Notes under the pieces: model-generated | Seen by the model: only the letters and a program-made list of their open reading frames with translations | What the model was told of the DNA's origin: nothing | Databases searched by the model: none | Made by a program: the position numbers and the translations under genes | In this document: positions 7,319 to 18,400 of the stretch, in pieces | Layout of the letters: each line of letters begins with the position of its first letter | Numbering within the stretch: the first letter of the stretch is position 1 | Virus record (IMG/VR): IMGVR_UViG_3300032290_001137 | Location: 1 to 25,801 of that record | Source of the DNA: a virus | Lineage: Duplodnaviria > Caudoviricetes | DNA length: 25,801 nt | Direction: 5' to 3' (one strand)

Positions 7319-8681
7319 AAGCGTAGGCTTCAACATTGAAATCCCTTCAGATGTTATGAGTGAGCAATCGCTCATAGCATCCGTTCTTCTTGGTGGAAAG
7401 AAGTTATTTAAGAACCTAACACACATCAATAAAAGCATGTTCTACAGGGTGTCGCATAGCCTTATATGGGATGCATACATAGCAATTGATGCAGCTGGTC
7501 AAGATATCGATATTGTTACCGTAAATGAAGAGTTGACAAAGCGTAACGCATTGGAGGCTTGTGGTGGGCTTGGCTACATCATGCAATGTGCTGAGTTGTT
7601 GCCAAGTACGTCCAACTACGAGAGCTATGTCAAGTTGGTTATTGAATACCACCGTCGCAGGGAGATAATCTTTTCTTCTGAATTAGCAAGTAAGAAGGCA
7701 TCTATTGGAGATGATGACATTGATTCAATCATAGCTGATTTAAATAAATCTGTTTCCTTTACCAATTCCGGAAACGCATCTGAAGATTTATCTAAATTAA
7801 TTTGGGATACAACATCAGAGGCTTTGTCAAGGGAGGTTGATAAAGCAGACTTTTCAATTGCTTCTGGTTATGAAGAAGTTGATTCTATTACTGGTGGCTG
7901 GAGAGACGGTGAGTTAATCATCTTAGGTGGTCGTCCATCAATGGGTAAGTCGAGTTTAGGATTACAATATGCATGGAATGCAGCTCGTTTTATGAGGACG
8001 CTAGACAAAAGGACAGGAGTGCTTATTATCAGCGCAGAGATGTCGAAAGACATGGTAACTGCACGTATGCTTTCAATCTACAGTGAAGTGGATAGCCAAG
8101 TTATACAGACAAAGAAACTGAATAACTATCAGAAGGATAAGCTACAGACCGTAGCTCAGGAGGCTAAGACACTTAATGTTAGGATTATCGCAGATAAAAC
8201 TGTCACCCTTGGAGGAATCAGAGATGCCATCAGGGACGCACAAAAATCTTTTCATGTTGGCTTGGTGGTTGTTGATTACTTACAGATGATAGCAATGCCA
8301 AGTTCATACAAGTCAGAGAATCGTACTCGTGACATCGGTGTGATTAGCCGTGGATTGAAAGACATTGCTCGTGAGTACAAGTGTCCCGTGATTGCCTTAT
8401 CTAGTTTGTCTAGGGCAGTTGAGCAGCGACAGGACAAGCGCCCCATGATGTCAGACCTAAGAGAGTCTGGAGACATTGAATCGGATGCTGATGTCATTCA
8501 ATTTATATACCGAGCTGGCTATTACGAGCAGAAGCAATCTGGCGATGAAGAGCAAGAAGCTGACAAGGCGGAAGTCATTACTGCTAAGAATAGGAATGGA
8601 AAAACCGGGGTCTCACTATTACAGTTTGAACCCCGGTACGCAAAGTTTACTGAATTTCAATCAGGAGGATTTTTTCTTTAA
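7296..8681 (+). CDS. dnaB: Replicative DNA helicase DnaB
   Basis: N-terminal EQSLIASVL domain, Walker A GGRPSMGKS, SAEM, VVVDYLQ, DLRESGDIESDAD, KNRNG. Confidence 0.97.
   Translation: MNKEPNLRSVGFNIEIPSDVMSEQSLIASVLLGGKKLFKNLTHINKSMFYRVSHSLIWDAYIAIDAAGQDIDIVTVNEELTKRNALEACGGLGYIMQCAELLPSTSNYESYVKLVIEYHRRREIIFSSELASKKASIGDDDIDSIIADLNKSVSFTNSGNASEDLSKLIWDTTSEALSREVDKADFSIASGYEEVDSITGGWRDGELIILGGRPSMGKSSLGLQYAWNAARFMRTLDKRTGVLIISAEMSKDMVTARMLSIYSEVDSQVIQTKKLNNYQKDKLQTVAQEAKTLNVRIIADKTVTLGGIRDAIRDAQKSFHVGLVVVDYLQMIAMPSSYKSENRTRDIGVISRGLKDIAREYKCPVIALSSLSRAVEQRQDKRPMMSDLRESGDIESDADVIQFIYRAGYYEQKQSGDEEQEADKAEVITAKNRNGKTGVSLLQFEPRYAKFTEFQSGGFFL
8600..8637 (-). terminator. Putative intrinsic terminator of the late (-) transcript, embedded in the dnaB 3' end
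   Basis: ACCGGGGT (8604-8611) / ACCCCGGT (8630-8637) inverted repeat; on the - strand it runs into T5, about 24 nt after the lysin stop. Confidence 0.55.
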
Positions 8682-9452
8682 GTAAACTTTCTTTTGATCA
8701 CTGTTGACGATGCAATCAAAATCAAGACTCCGAGCAATATCTCGAACAGGTGCATACGATTTGCCATCTCGCAGAATGCATTGAATGGCCAGTGCTTCCC
8801 CGTTAAGTACTGGCCCGTCTTCCCAAGCCAATACAGAGTCATCCCCAAACACAAGCCGAACAAAGTCTCGCACAGGAGCGTACGTCCGCCCATTTTGTAC
8901 CAATGCCAAAATGTGTTTGTCTCCATTAACTATCTTCCAATCTTGTCCAGTTTGCAACAGAGACCACGGTCTTACAAAGTAGATAACATCTTTGCCTCGA
9001 TTCCTGTATAAAGGACGACGAGCCACTTCATAGCCATTTCGGCTTCCATTATTATTACTATTACCTTCAATGGAATACCATATTCCATTCTCATCTTGTC
9101 CTTCTACGACTCCAATGTGAAATGCATCTTGCCATCCACTCTTGGTTGTCTTTACCAATAAAACAAGATCACCAGACATAGGCGCACGATGAAGTACGCC
9201 ATGTTTCTTAGCCACAGCAAGCCAGACATCGCAGTCTGCACTAAAGCACAATGGCCAATCTAATCCACTATTATTTTCCCATTCCAAAGCTATTCCACTA
9301 ACAAATGAAGCGCACCAAAAACTACCAACTGGTGCGTTTACAGCTAGATTCCAGCGATCAATCATTGGCCCACAATTACTGCCAACTGGTTGTTCAGTAA
9401 CGCCAATGTATTTACGCGCTATATCAATAAAGCCATTTGCAAGACTACTCAT
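8661..9452 (-). CDS. CHAP-domain cell-wall hydrolase (endolysin) with C-terminal copper-amine-oxidase-N-like repeats
   Basis: YIGVTE...N.G...WCASFVS...GDLV...HIGVV...IEGNS catalytic Cys/His; two repeats NGRTYAPVRDF and DGKSYAPVRDI. Confidence 0.88.
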   Translation of the reverse strand: MSSLANGFIDIARKYIGVTEQPVGSNCGPMIDRWNLAVNAPVGSFWCASFVSGIALEWENNSGLDWPLCFSADCDVWLAVAKKHGVLHRAPMSGDLVLLVKTTKSGWQDAFHIGVVEGQDENGIWYSIEGNSNNNGSRNGYEVARRPLYRNRGKDVIYFVRPWSLLQTGQDWKIVNGDKHILALVQNGRTYAPVRDFVRLVFGDDSVLAWEDGPVLNGEALAIQCILRDGKSYAPVRDIARSLDFDCIVNSDQKKVYLKKKSS

Positions 9453-12400
9453 CTCTATCTCGTCTCCTCTGACGCTCTAATTCAATATCCCTCATACCCT
9501 GATCAATTTCGTTATTAATCTCAATGCGTTTTACTTCATCCTGACTAAATGGTTTAAATTTAGGATTCATTTTCCCACGTAGTCTTTCTTTTAATCGTTC
9601 ATCTTGTCGCGTACTCATGTCTATGACTTGCTGCGTAGGAAGCATTGGATACGGTATAGGTTGATTATCCTCAAGAACTCCACTTCCCGGTATTCCAGTA
9701 ATAAGTGAACTTAAACCGTATTTTCCAACCATATCAAATGCATTAGGGTAATCATATTGATACTTCCTCATCTCACTTGTCACATACCCAACGTTAAACT
9801 TATCGCTAACTTTCTTTGCAGCTATGTCATCAATGTATTTGTTCTTATACCTATTTTCCACACCTATCAATCGCCCAAATGCACTTAAACGTAAATTGTA
9901 TACATTAGGATCAAATGGCGCTCCACGCTCAACACCCTTCCTATATTGCATGGACTCAAAGTCTTTGAGTGCATTCTGCAATTGTAGGTTTTGTTGATTT
10001 GCTGAGAATCTACTCATTCCTCTAGAGTGCATTAATTTTGCAGCTTTAAGTTCTAAGTACAATGGCGTGCCAATAATTTCTTTATCAATGGCTGCCTCGT
10101 TGGCAAGATAATACGTCCATCCCGGATGTTCTTGATTAGATGCTTCTCCAAAAAATTGCTGGCCAGTGTATTGTGAAACAACATCGCCAAATAATGGATT
10201 AAGGCGCTTAACAAAACCAACGTCAAACAGGGTACTTCCAATAGCACCAACAACTGATTGACCCTCATTTAACTTGTCATTGATTTCATATATAGGTAAT
10301 GTTACATACTTATGAAATCCAGTAACAGACGCAGGGTAATTAATTTGTGCATCACCAACAGTAGCAACACGCCCCCATTTCCTATCAAATGAGAAGAATG
10401 GTTGCTCTTCAACTGTAAACGGATCGGCTTTCTCAGATTGTGAAATCAATTGATCTGCAGTCATCCAGTTTTGCACTTGTGCAGCCTGCGGGCTAACGCG
10501 TTGCATAAGCGCAGCACGCGTTTGTTGTACATATGCAGAACTTAGTAAGCTATGCATAGCGTAAGTAGCCAGTAACCCTTTGGCCATAGTCCACAAGAAA
10601 CGTACGCCGGGTGTATGGTAACCTACTCCACGAGCAGTTGTTGAGAATACTAGGTCATTAAAGAATCGTGCCTGTGGTCCAACATCAATGATGTTGTATC
10701 CAATACCATTGTTTGCTCGTCGAACAATCGGCTCAAGAGCCTTGTTAACTGCAGCTCCTACCATCAGTTTAGCTAGACCCGGAACTATTGCTAGATTCAT
10801 TAAAGCGGATCCCCAGTTTGGAGCCGTGTAAATAGACGATGCCACATGATAAGTATCGCGTAACTTAGGATGCAAGAATGGGTCGTTACCAGTAGGTGTT
10901 CCACTCAGGTTATTTAACATACGTGCCATCGCACGTTTCGCTAATGTTGCCTGATACTCCATTTGTGCTTCTGTGGCACCCTCAGAACCAAAAGATGTTA
11001 GATTCTGATCGACCATTGCACAGTACTCAAGCATCTCTTTAATTCGCAAGATGTCAGTACTTGCTACACCAGCTCGCTCTGCCATACCTACAAGTGGAAT
11101 ACGCTGAGCTAATACGCCTTTACCAACATATTCACTTTGTGATAACTGAATAGGTATGTCCTGAAGATCCAAGTTGGGATTGAGGGCTTTCATAGCAGAT
11201 GCTGCCTCAAACCATTCTCCATATTGAGTACTTAAACCTAGGTCATTTAAATCCGCAATGGTGTACGAACGACGAGTAGATGGCAATCCACTTATCAGTG
11301 GTTTTTCGTATTTTCCTCGAACGGTTCTCTTGTTTACAAATGGTATGCCGGTCCCAATTGATTGGCCGGGAGTACCATATCTAGCAAACAAACCATCAAT
11401 AACGCGGTGATAACCCTTGTCTCCAAATGCAGTGTGACGCTTGTGACCAAGTAACCCACTAGCCATTTTAGTCATAAAAGAGTTGCCAACAAACCGCATA
11501 TTGCGAACGTCAATGCCATTAGGCAGTAATGCCATAAGACCATAAAATTGCATTGCAAAGTTCTTAGGCGTCAAAGACAATAAGAAGTTTTGAATAAATG
11601 GCCTAGCAAAGTCACGTGATAATAATTGCGAGTTACGTAATGACAATGCCTCAGTGAACAGTATTCCAGCAGCTCGCATTAACTTGTTCTTGCCGGGAAT
11701 GTGTGCGTATCGCAGTGCGTACAGTGTCTCTCTAGTAATCTTAGGGTGAGGTCGTGGAGTAGGCGCAGCACTGTATAACCAATTCATTACAGTGTCGTAA
11801 TCAGCATCTGGGATAGACATATATAAGTCTTTCCCTTCAACTGCAATTCCTACTTGATTGTTTACACCATCACGCTTAATAATTACTTGTTCAGGGGTTT
11901 CGGCTCGCGACATGTATTCCGCCATGTCGTTATAGCGTTGCTCCCTAAAGTTCTGTACTGCTTCTGGGTCATTAGCGTACTCAGGATCGAATTCCTCTAA
12001 TGAGTTCAATAACTCCATTTCATAGTCATTCCATGGCTGAACGTCACTCTCAGGAATTTCACCGGAACTTAGCCATGTACCTTTGCGAGCATTATTAATT
12101 GTTGCTGATTGCGTAATCTTGATGTTTTCATTTTCAAGCGGGTGTGTGATTTCTGAAACGCGATAGTTATCACGCATATTCTTACGCCATGATTCTGGTA
12201 TGCGAGTCGCATCATTATGCTGTTGTTGTGCAACCAGCATCTTAGCAATATAGATTTCACGAGGGACAATCGTATTTTTGCGCAACTGTGCAATGCGGTC
12301 ATGTGTTTCAGGTGATCCGTCATTAAAGAAGGCGTTAGCCGCTAATTCAATTAAGTGACTCACACTCTGCTGGCGATATTCTTGAACACTACGACGTGCG

Positions 12401-15400
12401 CCAGTATTCTCATCCAAAACCATAGATTTGTATGGATTAGTTCTAAGTTCAACCACGAATGGAACTGTTTGTGGGTCAACATCCTTGTAACGCTTAGGAT
12501 TATTCTCCTTTGCTTTCTTAGGAGTCATAATGCGATACACATAAAAACTTTGTGGCAAACTGTCGTCATGTAATGCAGTGTTGCGAACAATAGTCACTTC
12601 ACCATTTTGAAGATAAGATTGAGCTTCAATTGGGCGCAATGAGTTGATATCAATTGCATCGGAACTAACACTGCTTGCGTAAATAAAGCGATTACGTGAC
12701 TCAGGATTTGTAACTGGATATCTATTACCAAGCACATCTCCATAAATATTCTGCAGTGGATTTAATGCGTCTTGCACAATTGGGCGAGCTTGATTGTTGC
12801 TTAAATCAACTTCAAACTGTGCACCAGATTTATGCTGGATAATAACTGCTCCATTCTTATTAAAAGCATTTACAGGTAGGCTAAACTCGCTGTTCCACAA
12901 GTATCTAGCAGAGTTAATTTCACGTTCCTGTAAATCAAGAATGTGCGATGTTGCATACATCAACTGCATCGCAGGTTCATTGACAGCCGGATCAGGACTT
13001 GCCAGCGCCTTCATAAAATTGTTGTAAGCAACCTTGTTGTTGCGTCCAAACACAACATCACGAACACGAGATAATACATAAGACGAGCCAGTCGTTTCGT
13101 AATATCCAGAACCAAAGCGATATTCCTGACCGCTCTTTATTACGTCCATAATGTCCATCAACGCGGTAGTGTTAATGTCTGTGACAAAATCACCTACCTG
13201 ACCTCCGCGCATCACGAACTCTAAAGAATCAATAACGTTACTGACAACCTGCTTTTCGCCATTATCAATAACATAGGATGTGTTTATTTGTGCTTCTTCT
13301 GGTAATCCTTCATTGAATGCGTCAAACACTTCATTGATGCGATCTATTGCTGATTTCTTTCTGTCAGCACGTGTCAATCGCTGTCCTGCAGCAACATCCA
13401 ATGGACGAGAGAATGCACTAAACAACTGATACGCAAACTCGTTTTGCTGGTCTACATCCATTCCCTTAATAGCAAATGCATTTTCAAGAGCATCAAAGAA
13501 TAGGGCCATACCTTGATACTCAGGTGTAGTGTTGTCCAGATAGTATTCATTTGTATTCTCATCGTACTTAACGCTAGACCCAAATGTATTCATGTCTCTA
13601 CCGAGTGACTGCCTAAATAAACCATTTTGGAAGATAAATGCACCCATAGAGTTGAATGCGTTCTGGCGCAAACCATCTATAAAATTCCAACCACTTTCTG
13701 TCAATCCGCCATATTCATTAACGTGTCCATTGTCTATTAGGAAGTCAGTCAAATCGGCTTCTACAGAAGCGCGACCAACCGTCATAGATGCTCGCATGTC
13801 AACGCCAGCTGCTCGTACATGCTTGTATTGATCAGCGTAGTACGCACTAATTCGATCAGCTGCAGATTGAGATTGCGGTCGTGCGCGAGCAAAGTCTGAT
13901 GCTCTGCCAGTAGTAAGTAACTTCTCTAATCGCACCTGTTCTGTGTAATCTTGATGGTTTAAGATGGCTGTTTGCATGGCATTAATCCTGTGGTTCATGT
14001 CATATAAAACAGCTGCAAACTTTGGATTATAATCGCCAGAGTAACCGTGGAGTCTAGCACCTACAGTTCCATCTTGATCCATAAAACCTTCAGCATTAAC
14101 TAACATTCGCATGTTAGTAGACTTGCTAATTAACTTTCCATTCTTGCGCATATATACAGTAGCTGGTACCTCTACCACATACATGATGTCACGCAATGGA
14201 GTGTCAACACGTGTCTGCTGAACTGAGTCTGTTGACTTTGACGTACGTGCTTCCAGACTGAGTTGTGTAGTAAAGAATCCATTAGCGTCTACGCCACCGT
14301 GCTCTTTTTGACTAACGTATGGTTTTACAGTTAGTAACTCACGCCCAACAAATGATGTTTTATATTGCCCTCGTAAGTTCTTTGGTTCAACATAAACAAC
14401 CTGATCAACAATACGACCTTGATATCGTTTTCCCCACGTTTGAAATTCAGATTCTTCATCGCCAGCTTTGCGATTGATTTTGTCTTTAGGGCTTCTTGGT
14501 AACACCCAATATTTATCACCAGCAGAAAAATCTAAACCAACTAACTCATTTACAAGGTCTGCATCTTGAGCTGGAGCAAATATGCGTTTACCGTTGACGA
14601 TGTGCTCGTATCCGTAATCATGATTGATTTCACCAAATGATGAGTCATACCAATAATCAAGCATCTCCTTTGGTGTGTACATTTTTGAGTAAGGGCTACC
14701 TTCAGTGGCACCTCTGTTAGGTACAGCAAAACTTACGTAATCATTCATACGTAGTAATGGCATCTGAACAGTACGACCACGCCCAGTGGTGTATGTACGC
14801 ACGGGTATAGGTGATGTCCACTGCTGCTGGAATTCTCCATTTACAGTGCGCAGAATATCAATTGGGCTTTCACGTGCTAAGCTTCTCCACACTGCCTGTA
14901 AAGGTCCAGCAATTTCTTGGAATATAGCAGCAGCATCGTAGTCTATTGATAGCGCAGCGTTATTTGCAATCGGCATAGCAAACTTAGAAATCTGCGCCAA
15001 GAAGCCACTTGCAAAAATTTCGTGTGCATATGGGTGCCAGTCATCCCTGAGTGAGATTCCGTTGACATCCTTAAGGTCTTTCCATGCATCCTGTAAATCT
15101 AAACGACCGTTCTCAGCCATATATTTACGAGCTGCTTCTATCTGTTGCACTACCGGATATAAAGGATGCGTTCCAGTCTCTTCTGTTTTAGTTAAAATTT
15201 CTGCATTAGAACCAACAAGCGCATCCAGTAAATTTAACTGATTGACATCTGATACGCCATAGAACAGACTGTGACTCATCTCATGAGCAAGCGTTGCGGC
15301 TGTGCGATAAACATTCATATCGCTGCCAATCATCATTAACCTATGAACTGCCCTGTCTGTCTTACTATTGAATGCGGACATCGCACCGTAAATAACACCA

Positions 15401-18400
15401 CGATCGCTAGTTTGACGACGCATGGCAACATTAGTCAAACCCATGACTTTTTGCGTAGTAAATAAGACCTTGCCACTATTTAGGTAATAATCCTGCCTAC
15501 CACGTGCAAGCATGTATGTTCTAAACGCTACTAGTTTCTCTTCCGGGAATACAACATCTTTAACATCAGCTGTTCTGACAGTGCCTTGAGCATAACTATC
15601 TAGGAATGAAGCAAATGACTTGTTGTTTTCAGCAATAAATCGTTGAACTATGGCCTCATCTACGCCAACTGCACGTAATCCATTAATAACCTCAGCTCTA
15701 GCTTGACCGTTATTACTGCCAAGTAAATACTGTATTCTGTCATTTGCATAACCGTATGCAAAATTATCGTAAAGTTTAGCAAGTCCAGTAGCCATGCGAT
15801 CGATTAATGCAGCATCCTTTGCAATGCTAGTTGCTGCCTTTAGACCTTCGTCTCGCATTCGCATTGCATACGCATTCTTAATGTCCTGCAACTGTGCCTT
15901 TTGTGCATCACTATAAGATGACAAATCAAGAGAGTTGTAAAGATCAAACATCATCTTGGCTGTCGCTGGAGAAACAGTGTCAAGTCCGTCGGCTTCAGGA
16001 GTTGAGAACACCGACTCTCTGCCGTATCGACCATGATTAAACACTACGGCGTGAGTCTTGTGGCTTTGCAGTGCTGTAATAGTACTTGCAATTTGCAACG
16101 GTACATCGACACTTCCTTTTGACCAAGATCCAAATCGTCCAGTATTGTCACTCAGGCTGAATGTGTTAATGATTCCGTCTGTGTTGAATATTCTTGCAAA
16201 TGCTTCAAGGTATGGAGTGGTTCGTACACCACGGGCTTGTAGTTCGTTTTGCGCAATCATGTTTAGTTCATGCGCGATTGTTTTTAGTGTTCCACTATCG
16301 ACACCTGCAATATAATCACTCACACGTTTCGCAATATTATTGATTACCTTTTCGTCTGCTCGCGTTGATGTATATTGAATGCCTTCAATATTAATTCCGC
16401 GCTTCACCATGTCGGTAAATGAATTTGCTAACCGAGCAGCCCATCCAGTGCGCAATGCGCGAGCGACAAACGGATTAGTTAGGTCGAGCTTTTCTATATC
16501 AACATCACGTGACGGATTGACCACCATGGCTACGTCAATATTAGAAAACTGCGGATCAGATGCCATCTGAATAACGTCATCACGTTGCGACTCTAATGTA
16601 GTGCCAAACTCATTGGCGAGCATTTGTCGCAATAACTTACGCATACCAGTAAAGTTGCGAGCATGCATTGCATATATAGTAGATTGTGATTTGGCAACAT
16701 CCTCATTTTTAGCCATACCGCCAAATCCATTGTCACTACTTAATGCATGCACAGTTACTGCAGGGTCACTGCCAACAAATTCTGCAAGGTCACCATCAAT
16801 AGCATTTGCAGTAAATACTGCGTCATCAACAGTTGGATTTGGTTCAATCTTTGTTCGAGATTCATTCATGCGGTCTACACGCGCATTAAATTCAGCATTG
16901 CTCTCAATGTCATGCTGTTGACCAAATAAGGTTAATGTAATCTCACCATTTTCAGATGAAATAGACACATCTCCAGCTTTTTGAATATCGTTATAGAACG
17001 ACATTGTGTTTTCTTGAATACGTGACAAGCGTTTGATATCACGTCCTACACCAAGGCTGTATCGCATTGACCGCTCTCCGGCAATTCCACTATGCCAGTC
17101 TTTGCTCATTGCAGCCATCAAGTCTTTCATGATTACTAACTGCATCGCCAAGATGTCTTCGTTAGCATTCGTGTACTTGTTATATAAAACTGATGGTAGG
17201 TCGTTTATGCTCTTATTAAAGTTATCCAATGCAGCAATAAATACTTTGTCAAGATCGACCTCCGCACCTACTTGTTCATCAGCAGCAGCCTTTTTATATT
17301 CGGCAATAGCACCATCAATCTCTGCTAATCGAGCCTCACGTTCTGGGCGAGTAAGCTTAGTGTCATTTTTAACTTGCGCTCGCATTCTATACAGAACTTT
17401 GACTTGATCTAAATCAATGTTTGCGTCAGATCTATTAGCAATGTTTTGCTCTTCTGTTGCATCCGAACCATCCTCGCCAGACTGACGGATAATTTTTCCA
17501 CCGTATACATCTACACCACCTAAACTGGCTTGCGAACTAAACAAACGTTTAGCATCTGGATTGGTGTAAACAGATTTAACATCTTGATACGCATACATTA
17601 ATCTGTCTAATGCGTCACTAAATACAGGTGCGTCTCCATTTACATAAAGCATCTCAATGCGTTGAGCAGCTGTTAGTAACGTATCAAAAAAGCTGAATGC
17701 TCGTAAAAATGTCTCGCGGTTTAAATTGTTATACTTTGCATATGCATCGTCAAGTTCAGCCTGTGTTGCAAGGCCTTGGATTTTAAGTTGTTTTGTTTCT
17801 TCAGCCTTAGCCTTCAACTCAGCTAATTCTGGTCCAGCATATGCGTTAACATGCGCAGAAACGCCGTTGATATCAAATAACTTCAAGTAGTTGACTACTT
17901 TTGCAAACTGTGCTGTTTTACGCAATTCATCAGCTACTAAAGCGCGAGCCTGTTTAATTCCTTCTTCGGTAGCTGTATCAATCGTGTCCAGTGCTACCTC
18001 ATCTTTATTTGTCCTAGACGCACTGACAGTTTCATCTACTACGGCATGAGTCATTAATTCGTTGACTACTTCATCAATGGCAATCATTGAATCAACAACA
18101 GGAATATTGACGATTGTGTCGCCATCTTTTAAGGTAAGGTCAAGTTCACCAGTAATGTTATTGCCACGGTAATTAGCAACTCGTTTTGCAGCTGCGCCAT
18201 CAGTTTCAATTTGTGATTGCAAATTACGCAATGCGTCGAGAATATCAATCTTGGAGTCATTTGCTATTTCTGACTTATCTACAAGATTTTGTATCTCTGT
18301 TCCATAAGAAGCAAGCACCTCTAAGAAACTTAGTTTATTAGTCTCGTGTGGAGCACCAGTGATATCTGCTCCCAAGAACGTTTGGTCATTTACAGACTCA

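Noticed and set aside
269-8497. Short - strand and nested ORFs in the early arm
   Set aside because: They overlap well-supported + strand genes
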